This document shows, one piece after another, positions 11,174-21,415 of a stretch of 64,000 nucleotides of DNA. Location of the stretch: the NCBI GenBank assembly GCA_038227435.1, contig JBBRPW010000001.1:9632-73631 (forward strand). The letters run 5' to 3'. The number at the start of each line of letters is the position of its first letter. Positions within the stretch are counted from its first letter, which is position 1. The notes beneath the pieces are model-generated. The model was not told the origin of the DNA. It searched no databases and was given only the letters and a program-made list of their open reading frames with translations. A program made the position numbers and the translations under genes. The stretch is from Minisyncoccia bacterium (GTDB lineage: Bacteria; Patescibacteriota; Minisyncoccia; Phycocordibacterales; CALRBL01).

Positions 11174-11842
11174 TTATTCTATATCATCATCGTCCCCTAC
11201 ATTCATTTTACTTTGTTCTGTTACTTCAATAATTTTTTTAGCCAAATCATTTTCTTTGCTGTCAGCTTTCGACATTCTTCGTTTTACTCTTCGTCCAGTA
11301 TGAGCTCCCCCATTGTCTCCTTTTCCATTTGCTTTATTTAACATTAAAAAAGTTTCAGGATCATCGCACATATCAATAAAATCGTCGGCAACCTCTTTAA
11401 GTTTTCCTGAAGATGATTTTCCAAATGCAATTACCTCAACTTGGCACCCTTCGTTAATTTTTAAATATTCTACAAGCGGAATAAAGTCACCGTCTCCCGA
11501 TGCAATAATTATCGTATCGAGTTTAGGAGCAAGTGTAATGGCATCAACTGCAAGCCCCACGTCCCAATCAGCTTTTTTAGCGCCACCCATAAAAATTTGA
11601 AGATTTTTTGTTTTTGCTTCGATACCAAGTTTTCCTAATGCATCAAAAAAATTTTGCTCATCACCACTTTCGGTTGTAATTACGTAAGCGATTGCTCTAA
11701 TTAAGGCTCGATCCCCTAGTGCCTCTGCCAGTACTGCTCCAAAGTTAACTCGTGCATGATATAGGTTTTTAGCACTGTGATAGAGATTTTGAGTATCGAT
11801 GAAAACACCTACTCGCTGCTCCTTGTGTTTAATAACTGTCAT
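11174..11842 (-). CDS. NYN domain (LabA/DUF88) protein
   Basis: VFIDTQNLY, DWDVGLAVD, SGDGDFIPL. Confidence 0.93.
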   Translation of the reverse strand: MTVIKHKEQRVGVFIDTQNLYHSAKNLYHARVNFGAVLAEALGDRALIRAIAYVITTESGDEQNFFDALGKLGIEAKTKNLQIFMGGAKKADWDVGLAVDAITLAPKLDTIIIASGDGDFIPLVEYLKINEGCQVEVIAFGKSSSGKLKEVADDFIDMCDDPETFLMLNKANGKGDNGGAHTGRRVKRRMSKADSKENDLAKKIIEVTEQSKMNVGDDDDIE

Positions 11843-12074
11843 ATATTGTGTTTTTATCTTCTATAAATTCGAAAATAAAGTTTTTTGTTTAATATTAAAA
11901 TAATTACCCTGTTATGTCTTATCTATGTATTGAAATCGTATGTAAATCAGTTCTCCTTCTATTATGAAGTCTATTTATATAAACACAATGCCTCCATGTG
12001 GAGGCAGAAAGTGTTATTTTAAAACGTTTCTCTGTCGAAATCTGGGAAAATTAGCTGAAATCCTTAAAAGGATA

Positions 12075-12344
12075 TTACTTTACTTTAAGATCAAGTGTCC
12101 CCATGAGCTTTTTATATCGCGCAGGAGCATTTTTCTTTAAGTATTTCATGTGAGTTTGACGGTCGGCTACTAATTGTAGTAATCCTCGTCGTGAACTATT
12201 ATCCTTCTGATTCTTCTTGAGATGCTTTGTTAATTCCTCAATTCGTTTAGTAAGAAGGCTAATTTGAACGTCCGCTGAACCCGTATCAGTGTCGTGAACT
12301 CGGGTATCTTTGATGACTTTAGCTTTTTTCGTTTTCGTTAACAT
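12075..12344 (-). CDS. rpsO: 30S ribosomal protein S15
   Basis: DTGSADVQISLLT, KDNSSRRGL. Confidence 0.97.
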   Translation of the reverse strand: MLTKTKKAKVIKDTRVHDTDTGSADVQISLLTKRIEELTKHLKKNQKDNSSRRGLLQLVADRQTHMKYLKKNAPARYKKLMGTLDLKVK

Positions 12345-12350
12345 GGTAGG

Positions 12351-13412
12351 ATGACAATATCACGAAAGCTTAACTTTAGCAAGATGGCTGAATCTTCCCC
12401 CATTCATACATTAAAACGTCAATTTTTAGAGCATATTGAAATTGAAAAAGGCCGTAGCTTAAAGACGGTTATTAATTATGAGCGCTATCTTAATAGGTTT
12501 ATTGAGCATTCTCAAATTAAAGACCCTAAACAAATCACAGAAGAATTAGTTCGAACATACCGCCTTTGGCTTAATCGTCAGCCAGTAAAAAGGCTTATAG
12601 GAGCACAAACTAAATCGGCTATTTTAAGCGCCGAAAGAGGAGAAACACTTAAAAAGCGAACTCAAAACTACTATTTGATTGCTCTTCGGGCTTTTTTGAA
12701 ATATTTAGCAAAGCGAAAGGTGCCAAGTTTAGCTCCTGAAAGCATAGAATTAGCGAAAGTAGCAGAACGAACGATTGATTTGATTTCAAGTCAGGAACTA
12801 CAACGTTTACTCGAAGCTCCTATGTCGGAAAGCAATCAAGAACGAAAGTTCCGTGATAAGGCTATGCTCGAAATGTTTTTTTCAACCGGACTTCGAGTTT
12901 CAGAACTTTGCGCACTTAATCGCGATATTGATTTAAGCAAAGACGAGCTTAGTGTTCGTGGTAAAGGCGACAAAGTAAGGCTTGTTTTCATATCCGAAGA
13001 CGCAAAAAAAGCATTAAAAGATTATTTGTACATAAGAAAAGACCTGGAAGACGCATTGTTTGCACAAATTAAAGCTGAAAAGGGGGAAACAGCTGCAAAA
13101 AAAGGGAAATCAACAAAAATAACTAAAGACCCCATACAACTAAAGGGTAAAAGAGGACGACTCACTTCCCGATCGGTTGAGCGAATCATTAAAAAGTATG
13201 CAATTAAGGCTGGAATAATAAAAAAAGTGACGCCGCACGTCATCCGTCACAGTTTTGCAACCGATTTGCTTTCAAATGGTGCTGATTTGCGTTCCGTTCA
13301 AGTTTTACTCGGCCACGCAAACATTACTACTACTCAAATTTATACCCACGTAACAGACATCCATCTAAAGGAGATCCATAAAAAATTTCATGGAAAGCGG
13401 GGCAATAGATAG
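12351..13412 (+). CDS. xerC: XerC/XerD-like tyrosine recombinase (start may be Met at 12384)
   Basis: TGLRVSEL, GKGDKVR, HVIRHSFAT, LGHANITTTQIY. Confidence 0.88.
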   Translation: MTISRKLNFSKMAESSPIHTLKRQFLEHIEIEKGRSLKTVINYERYLNRFIEHSQIKDPKQITEELVRTYRLWLNRQPVKRLIGAQTKSAILSAERGETLKKRTQNYYLIALRAFLKYLAKRKVPSLAPESIELAKVAERTIDLISSQELQRLLEAPMSESNQERKFRDKAMLEMFFSTGLRVSELCALNRDIDLSKDELSVRGKGDKVRLVFISEDAKKALKDYLYIRKDLEDALFAQIKAEKGETAAKKGKSTKITKDPIQLKGKRGRLTSRSVERIIKKYAIKAGIIKKVTPHVIRHSFATDLLSNGADLRSVQVLLGHANITTTQIYTHVTDIHLKEIHKKFHGKRGNR

Positions 13413-13467
13413 TTTTTAAATTTTCCATAAAGAAACTCTAAAGTTTCGGGTATGATACAATTTTTCA

Positions 13468-14244
13468 ATGAAACTTATATCTTGGAACGTAAATGGTGTC
13501 CGTGCATGGCTTAAAAAAGATTGTGCAACATGGTTTAATGAACAAAGTCCAGATTTTTTTTGTATTCAGGAAACAAAAGCACACCCCGATCAAATTCCCG
13601 AAGAATTTAAGAATTCTAAAGGCTATTTTTCATATTTTGAGCATTCAAAAGGAAGAAAAGGATACAGTGGAGTTGGAATTTTAACTAAACACAAACCCTT
13701 AAAGGTGGTTGATGCTCTTGGAGTTCCCGAACTCGATCAAGAAGGCAGATTTCTAGCCTTATTTTATAAAGATACAATTATTATAAACACATACTTTCCA
13801 AATGGAGGTGGAGGTCCTATCCGTCTTGAATTCAAAATGGCTTATTACAAGGCTTTTTTAAAGTTTATTAATTTGAATCGTAAAAAAGGCTATTCAATTA
13901 TTTTTTGTGGAGACATTAACACTGCTCACAATGAGATCGATCTTGCTCGTCCAAAAGAAAACGAAAAAAATACTGGATTCTTACCTGAAGAACGAGCATG
14001 GCTTGATGACGTAATAAAAAATAAATTTATCGACACATTTAGGGATAAATACCCTACTCTAAAAGACGCATATACATATTGGGATATGAAAACATTTGCA
14101 CGTGATAGAAATGTTGGTTGGAGAATCGACTATTTTTTTGTGAGCGATAATTTAAAAGAAAAATTGACTGATGCATTTATTTGGAATGATGTGTATGGCT
14201 CAGATCACTGTCCTTTAGGGATCGATATTAAGATTACATTGTAA
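13468..14244 (+). CDS. xth: Exodeoxyribonuclease III
   Basis: SWNVNG, QETK, GDIN, GWRIDY, SDHCP. Confidence 0.96.
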   Translation: MKLISWNVNGVRAWLKKDCATWFNEQSPDFFCIQETKAHPDQIPEEFKNSKGYFSYFEHSKGRKGYSGVGILTKHKPLKVVDALGVPELDQEGRFLALFYKDTIIINTYFPNGGGGPIRLEFKMAYYKAFLKFINLNRKKGYSIIFCGDINTAHNEIDLARPKENEKNTGFLPEERAWLDDVIKNKFIDTFRDKYPTLKDAYTYWDMKTFARDRNVGWRIDYFFVSDNLKEKLTDAFIWNDVYGSDHCPLGIDIKITL

Positions 14245-14290
14245 TGTCTTTTACGAGGAGAAAATTCAAATAAAATTGTATAAAAGACAG

Positions 14291-14299
14291 TTATCCACA
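14291..14299 (+). promoter_or_regulatory. Consensus DnaA box
   Basis: TTATCCACA exact match in an intergenic region. Confidence 0.5.
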
Positions 14300-14307
14300 A
14301 TGTGTCC

Positions 14308-14335
14308 TTTACAATCTATTAAGGACATATAGAAT
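14308..14335 (+). promoter_or_regulatory. Sigma70-like promoter
   Basis: TTTACA-N16-TAGAAT, overlapped by a tgtcctt/aaggaca inverted repeat. Confidence 0.5.
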
Positions 14336-14659
14336 AAAGGACAGATCAGATGACGCGCGATGTGCCCCGCAAATTGTCTACAGTTCATTCCATTTTTTGT
14401 TGGTGTCGGTTGATAATTAATATGAAGACTACGCAATCAAAAAGCTGACCGAGAATAACTTACGCGCAAGCGAAAAACCCAATACTTTTTTTAAAGTTAA
14501 TTCTCCTCACGGCTTTAGTTGTGTCGTCTCACTGCAATCAGGCGTTCTCTTTTTTTTATGTTTGGGAGCGCCTTTTGCTTTTCCCAATAATTCCTTATTT
14601 TAATATTGTAAGTGACGCTTCTTTTCTTACAAATCCTGTAAGGTGCTTCTATATATAGC

Positions 14660-16168
14660 TTATTCGACAAAATGTTTATTTCGAATCTTTTTTATTTCTT
14701 CTTGGTTTAATTCATCCATTTTACTCTTCCCTACTAAAGACAAAGCTTTTAATACCTCTATATCTAAATTATTATATTTTTTTACTAGTTCTGATAAGTC
14801 TTTTTTATTATTTAGATGTGGATTTTCAATCACTTCGTTGAAAATAGCTTGAAGAATATAGCCAATTTTGGGTCCTGGGGCTATTTCGAAATCTTTCATT
14901 AAAGTATTTCCGTCAATTTTAAGCATCGATAAGTCAATAGGATCAAGTAGCGCCTCTTCTATCATTGCTTTATATTTCCTTAATCTATAGGGGTTTTCTT
15001 TTGGGCGACCTGTCCCTACCCTATCGCAGATTCTTAGGTTTATAAGGTCCCATATTAGATCTTTTCCAACATTTACGATAATTCTACGTACTGCAGAAAG
15101 TGTAATCGTTTCTGTATCCGAGAAAAACATATGCCACCGCACAAGTTTTATAACCTTGTCAGATGTTTCGTGAGAAACCTTTAAATCTTCCAAAATCCTT
15201 GTTACTAGGCGTGCTCCAACAACTTCGTGCCCATAAAATGTCCAATCATTGTTTTCACGTGAAAATATAGCTGTTTTAGGCTTACCTATGTCATGAAATA
15301 AGGCAGAAAGTCTCACATGTAACATAAATTCTTTATCAGCAGCACACTGAAGACTCCGTAACAGGTGCTCAAATACATCATATGAGTGTGCTTGGTTTTG
15401 CTTAACACCAACAGATTGTTCAATCTCTTTAGAGATATAACTCAAAATACCCAACTTATGAGCCATAAATAGGCCTTGTGAGGGGTTTTTTGACATAATA
15501 ATTTTAAGAAATTCATCTCTAATTCTTTCACGTGAAATTTTTTCAAGTATTTTTGATCTAATCTGGATAGAATCCTGAGTTTCCTGGTTAATCATGAAAC
15601 CGAGCTGGCATGCAAAGCGAATAGCTCTTAAAATTCTTAAACCATCCTCTGCAAATCTTTCGTCAGGATTACCAACGCTTCTAATGACTTTAGCCTTAAT
15701 ATCAGCCATTCCATCGAACAGATCAATAATCTGAGCCGTTTTAAGATCATAAGCTAAGGCGTTAATCGTGAAATCTCTTCGAGACAAGTCTTCGTTAATA
15801 GTATTAGCAAATACTATATTTTCTGGGTGCCTTCCATCTATATAGTTTGTTTCAGATCGATAAGGAGTAATTTGAACAAATTTTGTTGTTTCATCTGAAA
15901 TGTTTTCATGAATAACAGTTACGGTTCCAAATTTCTCTTCAACAAGAGTCTTTGGAAATAAAGAAGCGATCTGAGAGGGAAGAGCATTGGTCGTAATATC
16001 CCAATCTTTAGGAGTTAATCCCAAAAGTAGGTCTCTAACACAGCCACCAACAATAAAAGCCTCGTACCCGGCATTGTACAGCGCAAGGATAGTGTCCTTA
16101 ACAACTTCTGGTATGTTTGAGCCAATATTAATATTAGGGTTGTCCTTTATGCCTGTAGAAGGAATCAT
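14660..16168 (-). CDS. cca: CCA-adding enzyme / poly(A) polymerase family with HD domain
   Basis: VGGCVRD, DWDITT, RRDFTINA, EDGLRILRA, HDIGK; start trimmed to ATG 16168 because the longer ORF overlaps two tRNAs. Confidence 0.9.
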   Translation of the reverse strand: MIPSTGIKDNPNINIGSNIPEVVKDTILALYNAGYEAFIVGGCVRDLLLGLTPKDWDITTNALPSQIASLFPKTLVEEKFGTVTVIHENISDETTKFVQITPYRSETNYIDGRHPENIVFANTINEDLSRRDFTINALAYDLKTAQIIDLFDGMADIKAKVIRSVGNPDERFAEDGLRILRAIRFACQLGFMINQETQDSIQIRSKILEKISRERIRDEFLKIIMSKNPSQGLFMAHKLGILSYISKEIEQSVGVKQNQAHSYDVFEHLLRSLQCAADKEFMLHVRLSALFHDIGKPKTAIFSRENNDWTFYGHEVVGARLVTRILEDLKVSHETSDKVIKLVRWHMFFSDTETITLSAVRRIIVNVGKDLIWDLINLRICDRVGTGRPKENPYRLRKYKAMIEEALLDPIDLSMLKIDGNTLMKDFEIAPGPKIGYILQAIFNEVIENPHLNNKKDLSELVKKYNNLDIEVLKALSLVGKSKMDELNQEEIKKIRNKHFVE

Positions 16169-16251
16169 GAAGCAAAGTCTAGTATATATTTTGATTATTA
16201 TCCAATCTAGAGTATTATCGGTATCGGACATATAACAATTAAAAACAATAC

Positions 16252-16326
16252 GCACCCGTGGTGAAATGGATATCACAACAGTCTTCGGAACTGTTTTTGT
16301 AGGTTCGAGTCCTGCCGGGTGCACCA
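16252..16326 (+). tRNA. tRNA-Arg(TCG)
   Basis: Cloverleaf gcacccg/cgggtgc, anticodon arm acagt-ctTCGga-actgt, GGTTCGAGTCC T-arm, encoded CCA. Confidence 0.93.
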
Positions 16327-16341
16327 GATAGGGTAGAGTGA

Positions 16342-16412
16342 GCGGGTATGGTTTAGTGGTAGAACACGTCCTTGCCAAGGACGAGTCGAGGGTTCGATTC
16401 CCTCTACCCGCA
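16342..16412 (+). tRNA. tRNA-Gly(GCC)
   Basis: gcgggta/tacccgc acceptor stem, cgtcc-ttGCCaa-ggacg, GGTTCGATTCCC; no encoded CCA. Confidence 0.94.
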
Positions 16413-16567
16413 CTAGGAACGAGTATAAAACAAAACGAAGTTTTGTTTTATCGAGTGACGACGTACGGGGAAGACTGGCTCTCCTGAGCCAGGCTTACAA
16501 GCACTAGGAGTTTGTCAAAGACAAACTCCTCAAAATCCCCTAAACTAACGGACCAATATAAGACAAC

Positions 16568-16576
16568 TGTGGATAA
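16568..16576 (-). promoter_or_regulatory. Consensus DnaA box
   Basis: TGTGGATAA in an intergenic region. Confidence 0.45.
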
Positions 16577-16747
16577 CTACGGGGATATGTGCTTAAAAGA
16601 CATTCTAAATATCCTTATTCTTAGCCAAATGACTTTTATAATCGACATTAAGGAGCACTTTATAAAACATCATTTTTACCCATATATTTATACCTTTTTT
16701 ATAATTTCTTAATTAAAATTTTACGTATAGTATTCCAAAATCGATGA

Positions 16748-17188
16748 ATGAAATTAAAAGACATTGGTAGATATGGGGAAGCTGTCGCTAAATACTATTT
16801 TAAAAATAAGGGATATACATTCCTATCCGCAAACTTTCAAATAAGTGAAGGGGAGATTGATTTAATTTTTAAAAAAGACAATGAAATCGTTGCGATTGAA
16901 GTAAAGGCCTCAGTTATTCCTGGGAATAATGTTTTTAGTTATGAATACAGCCCAATTCAGAAAATAAATAGATTAAAACTTCATAAAATCAAAATTACAT
17001 TGTGTCACTTCATTAAAAAGCATCACCAATATAGATATTTCAACAAAAGGGTAGATTTGATAGGGGTTAGAATTCTTTCACGAGTATCCTCAGAAGATTT
17101 TAAGAATTTGAAAACTATAAGTGAGGCAATTAAGTTAAATCTCTTTAAAAACATCTTTATTACGCATATTCCCAATGTAATTTGGTAA
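16748..17188 (+). CDS. YraN-family endonuclease (UPF0102)
   Basis: G..GE..A..Y...KGY, GEIDLI, IEVK. Confidence 0.88.
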   Translation: MKLKDIGRYGEAVAKYYFKNKGYTFLSANFQISEGEIDLIFKKDNEIVAIEVKASVIPGNNVFSYEYSPIQKINRLKLHKIKITLCHFIKKHHQYRYFNKRVDLIGVRILSRVSSEDFKNLKTISEAIKLNLFKNIFITHIPNVIW

Positions 17189-17232
17189 AAATTTCATGGC
17201 TTTTTTGAATCATTATGCTATGCTCCTTGTAC

Positions 17233-17305
17233 CGGAGTGTAGTGTAACGGCTAACATTCTTGATTTGGGATCAAGCGACTCAGGGTTCGAATCCCTGCAC
17301 TCCGA
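17233..17305 (+). tRNA. tRNA-Pro(TGG)
   Basis: cggagtg/cactccg, cttga-ttTGGga-tcaag, GGTTCGAATCC. Confidence 0.94.
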
Positions 17306-17336
17306 CAAGTTTAAGTACTAATAAAGATTCAAAAAT

Positions 17337-17642
17337 ATGGCTTTCATTAAAAATGTGGAAGATTTTAAGTGTGAAAAATGTGGAACCGATATAAAAGGCG
17401 ATGGTTTCACTAACCATTGTCCTAATTGTTTATATAGTAAGCACGTCGACAACGATCCGGGGGATAGGAAAAATACATGTGGTGGCTTAATGAAGCCAAT
17501 TGCCTATATTAAAATGAAAGAGAAGGAAAAAATTACTCATCAATGTTTAGTTTGCGGCGAAGAGAAAAATAATAAAGTTTGCCTAAATGATAGTAGGGAA
17601 GCAATGGTTACTATGATTAAAAATGGAATTGAAGAGAATTAA
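17337..17642 (+). CDS. RNHCP domain zinc-binding protein
   Basis: F.CEKCG, TNHCPNCLYSKHVD..PGDR...CGG.M. Confidence 0.9.
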   Translation: MAFIKNVEDFKCEKCGTDIKGDGFTNHCPNCLYSKHVDNDPGDRKNTCGGLMKPIAYIKMKEKEKITHQCLVCGEEKNNKVCLNDSREAMVTMIKNGIEEN

Positions 17643-17709
17643 TTCCAAATAAAGCTCTGGATTGAAATATCTCTAGTATTTGCTACTATCTTCATACAAA
17701 CAAATAAAT

Positions 17710-17780
17710 GCGGGATTGGTTTAGTGGTAGAATGACTGCCTTCCAAGCAGTAGACAAGGGTTCGATTCCCTTATCCCGCA
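17710..17780 (+). tRNA. tRNA-Gly(TCC)
   Basis: gcgggat/atcccgc, actgc-ctTCCaa-gcagt, GGTTCGATTCCC. Confidence 0.94.
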
Positions 17781-17953
17781 CAAGACATGAACAGTTTGAG
17801 ACGGCTCGCTGTCTCAAACTAGTGAATGGCGCAGTGCGGGGCAATGTCCGCACTAGGAGTGAAACTCCTTCTCCTTCTTTCCATATTTTTTAATTTATTA
17901 AATAAAAAAACCGCTGAGTTTTTAGGCTCAACGGTTCTTGTTTAGTTCAACAT

Positions 17954-19204
17954 TTAAGGACAAGTCATAAATGTGAACTGACGCTCTGAACTTAATAGGG
18001 AAGCGGCTTCCTCCATTTGCTCAAAGGTAATTTTGTGCAAATCATCCCATACTTCCTGTATGGAAATAATTCGTTGTATAGAAGAAAGATTACTTCCCAC
18101 GTTACCGGCAAGACTACTTCCTGAAAGATCAATCATCATACACATTTGCTTCAGTGACTTTAATTTTCGATCAAACAAATCTCGTCTAGATGGAACAGCC
18201 TCAATACAATTTCGAACCAGTTCGTTAATGTAGGGAGTGGCGCTCGGACTAACCGTTCCAATAATTTCGTACACGTACAAATCTTGATATCCCACGTAGT
18301 CTGTTCCAACACTGTAAGCAAGCCCACGACTTTCGCGAATCTCATCACGTAGAATTTTTTCGAGCACCGAATCAAATACTCTACGTGCCTGAGATGGAAA
18401 GTCATAAGGAAATGCCCACGTTGCTTTGTACTTTGTTTGATCAACCTTGTAGCTAACGTGATCAGAAAGTTTTACTGTCAGTGCATGCTCTTTCGGAATC
18501 GGAAGTTGTTTGAGAGGTTGGGGAATTTTAGTTCTATTACCATTTTTTCCCATTCCGAATGGACTCTTTACTAATTCAGAAATCATTTTATTTGTCTCAA
18601 GTCCTCCGATAACTACGAGACTAATGTTCGCAGGAACATAGTGTTTATCGTAAAATCTCTGTAGATCGACACCAGTTGTCGAAAGAAAACCTTCTGGCCG
18701 CCCAATTGGACGATTATATGTTTGAAGTCGATGTCCTTGAAACAATGCATTTCGAACAGACATATCCCACCCTAAGGCGTCGGGATTAGGGTATCGTCCG
18801 CTAAATTCTTGGAAAATAACCTTACGCTCGCGCTCAATATCTTTTTCAATTTCGCTCTCGAGGAGCATTGAGCCAAAAATTTCCAATGCTTGGCGGAATA
18901 TAGGAAGATTGGTAGGGACTGTGAATCTATACCTCGTAGATAGGTAGTTTGTGACTCCAAATTCAGCCCTACCACCACATGTTTCAAAAAACTCTTTTAC
19001 TTGGTCGAATTCCCAGTTGGGAATGTTCTGGCTGATTATGTGTTCCACGAAATGGGCAAGCCCTGGCATTTCGAGAGGATCTTCTCGCGCACCACTATGA
19101 ACAACGATTTCTACTCCAATCCAGGGACGATCCCAGAATACGGAATGGACTTAGAGTCCGTTTGGAAAAACACGCTTCGTAAATTTTGTATACGGGTCGT
19201 ACAT
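17954..19204 (-). pseudogene. M16 (insulinase) family Zn peptidase interrupted by an in-frame TAA at codon 18
   Basis: HFVEH (HxxEH) motif; upstream in-frame extension MYDPYTKFTKRVFPNGL*VHSV...HSGAREDPLE gives a typical M16 N-terminus; stop at 19151-19153. Confidence 0.75.
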
Positions 19205-19291
19205 TTTTTGTCCTTTCTTGTGAATGTGCTTAGTTGTCTGAAATTCTCACAAACAATGACACATTTATTGTATGTTGGCAATTTTAAAACA

Positions 19292-19321
19292 AAAAAGACT
19301 CCACCTTATGGAGTCTTTTTT
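19292..19321. terminator. Intrinsic terminator downstream of hup
   Basis: aaaaagactcca-cctta-tggagtcttttt. Confidence 0.7.
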
Positions 19322-19406
19322 GTTATTACCAGAGCTACGCTCATCTGTAATTTTACTAGGATTTTAGTGCGTTATTTGCCTAATAAATGCCCTTTACCTA
19401 ACGTTA

Positions 19407-19679
19407 TTATTTAACTGCGTCTTTCAAAGCCTTTGCAGCTCGGAATTTTGGAACTCGCATAGCTGCAACTTGAATTGATTCTCCTGTTCGAGGGTTTCGA
19501 GCTGTTCTTGCTGCTCGCTGTTTAGCTGAGAAGATTCCCAATCCTGCGACTGAAACCTCTTCTCCCTTCTTTAGAGTCGAAACAATTGAATCAACTAGAA
19601 GATCTACTACTTGTTCAGCTTGAACTTTTGTACTTCCTAGTAGGCCGTGAACTGCTTCAACTAAATCTGCTTTATTCAT
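19407..19679 (-). CDS. hup: DNA-binding protein HU
   Basis: MNKADLV, ARNPRTGE, PKFRAAKALKDAV. Confidence 0.97.
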   Translation of the reverse strand: MNKADLVEAVHGLLGSTKVQAEQVVDLLVDSIVSTLKKGEEVSVAGLGIFSAKQRAARTARNPRTGESIQVAAMRVPKFRAAKALKDAVK

Positions 19680-19843
19680 ATGATTTTGATTACGTAATCT
19701 AATAATAAAACCGTCAACCCAATACTGTTAATGAATTATATAGTAGGCCATCTTTTGTGCAAGAGCATAAAAGATAATCAAATAGATTATATAAGAGCGT
19801 GAATTTTGCTAAAAATTTCAGTTATTAAGTTAAATTTTCGCAA

Positions 19844-21376
19844 TTATCTTGCGTATTCAATCACTTTTGTTTCTCGAATTACTAAAATTTTGATTTCTCC
19901 TGGATATCTTAGTTCTGCTTCAATTTTAATTGCAATACTTCTGGCAAGTGTATGAGCTTCTAAATCATTTACTGCACCAGGTGTTACAAACACCCGTATT
20001 TCACGGCCGGCTGCAAGGGCATATGCTTTTTCAACTCCAGGGTAACCTGTTGCAATGTTTTCCAAATCACTTAATCGTTTCAAATAATTTTCGATAGAAT
20101 CTTTTCGTGCACCAGGTCGTCCTCCAGAAATTGCATCGGCAGTTTGTACAATAATAGATTCAATTGTCTCATATGGATATTCTTCATGATGAGCTTGCAT
20201 TGCTTTGATGACATCTTCATGTACTCCAAACTTTTGTAACACTTTTCGTCCAATTTCAACATGTGTCCCTTCAACTTCATGGTCGAGTGCTTTTCCAATG
20301 TCATGAAGTAATGCACCAGCAACTGCAATTTTAATGTTTGCACCAAGTTCTTCGGCGAGCATTCGTGCAATGTGAGCCATTTCAATTGAATGTTGTAAAA
20401 CATTGTGACCGTAACTTGTTCGGTAATGAAGTCGTCCTAAAATACTTATTAATCGTGGATCAAGATTGAGCACGCCCGTTTCGTACGCAGCTTTTTCTCC
20501 TTCCTCTTTAATAATTTTACTAATTGTTTCCTTGGCTAATTCTACCTCTTTTTCAATTTTGGCAGGTTGAATACGCCCATCTTTTATCAAGCTTTCTAGG
20601 GCTATTTTAGCAATTTGGCGCCTAATTGGATCATATGATGAAAGGGTGATTGATCCTGGATTGTCGTCGACAATTACTTCAACACCTGTTTCTCTTTCAA
20701 AAGCTTTAATATTTCTTCCTTCTTTTCCAATCACTTTTCCTTTCACTTCTTCGTTTTCAATTTGGACATAGCTTGTAAACATTTCTGAAGATACTGAAGA
20801 AGCGAGTCGTTGAATGACAATCGCTAAAATATCGTTTGCTCGTTTATCTAATGCATCTTCTCCAACTCGTTCTAATTTGAATAATCGGTTACTTAAATCG
20901 TCAGCCGATGTTTGCTCTATATATGTAATCAATTCTTGTTTAGCTTCAGAAATTGAAAGATTCGAAACTCGCTCGAGTTCCCTCATTTTTTCTGCATGCA
21001 TTCCGTCTACTTTTTCTTTGAGATTTTTAATCTCAACAACTTTCATTTTTAATCGTTCAACTTCTTTTTCAATTTCGTTTTGTTTTCGATCTAAATTTTC
21101 TTCTTTTTTTATTAATCTTTCTTCATTTCTTTTAATACCATCTTCTTTGTCTTTGGTGTCTTCTCGTGTTGTTTTTAAAAGTTGAGCAGCTTGTTGTTCG
21201 GCTTCAAGAGTAATTCGTTTGCTTTCTTCACGCGCATCCGTCAACATGCTTTTAATATTTTGTTCAATTGATCCTTTCTGAGCGAGGGAAATAAGGACTC
21301 TTAATACATATCCAAGAATGACGCCAACGACCCCTCCGGTAAGCCCGATGAGGAACGCTATTTTTAAGGCAATCAT
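19844..21376 (-). CDS. rny: Ribonuclease Y
   Basis: TM, coiled coil, KH (KGKVIGKEGRNI), HD (LLHDIGK), DAISGGRPGAR. Confidence 0.97.
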   Translation of the reverse strand: MIALKIAFLIGLTGGVVGVILGYVLRVLISLAQKGSIEQNIKSMLTDAREESKRITLEAEQQAAQLLKTTREDTKDKEDGIKRNEERLIKKEENLDRKQNEIEKEVERLKMKVVEIKNLKEKVDGMHAEKMRELERVSNLSISEAKQELITYIEQTSADDLSNRLFKLERVGEDALDKRANDILAIVIQRLASSVSSEMFTSYVQIENEEVKGKVIGKEGRNIKAFERETGVEVIVDDNPGSITLSSYDPIRRQIAKIALESLIKDGRIQPAKIEKEVELAKETISKIIKEEGEKAAYETGVLNLDPRLISILGRLHYRTSYGHNVLQHSIEMAHIARMLAEELGANIKIAVAGALLHDIGKALDHEVEGTHVEIGRKVLQKFGVHEDVIKAMQAHHEEYPYETIESIIVQTADAISGGRPGARKDSIENYLKRLSDLENIATGYPGVEKAYALAAGREIRVFVTPGAVNDLEAHTLARSIAIKIEAELRYPGEIKILVIRETKVIEYAR

Positions 21377-21415
21377 AAACCGATACTAGCAAGATTCGGC
21401 GTTTTGTCTACACAA

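Noticed and set aside
12351-13412. Tyrosine recombinase as a mobile-element integrase
   Set aside because: Xer-like sequence among housekeeping genes with no cargo or att sites visible.
16169-16378. N-terminal extension of the CCA enzyme ORF in the ORF track
   Set aside because: It is the antisense of tRNA-Arg and tRNA-Gly; the real start is near 16168.
17708-17893. 61-aa ORF
   Set aside because: Coincides with tRNA-Gly(TCC) and its trailer.
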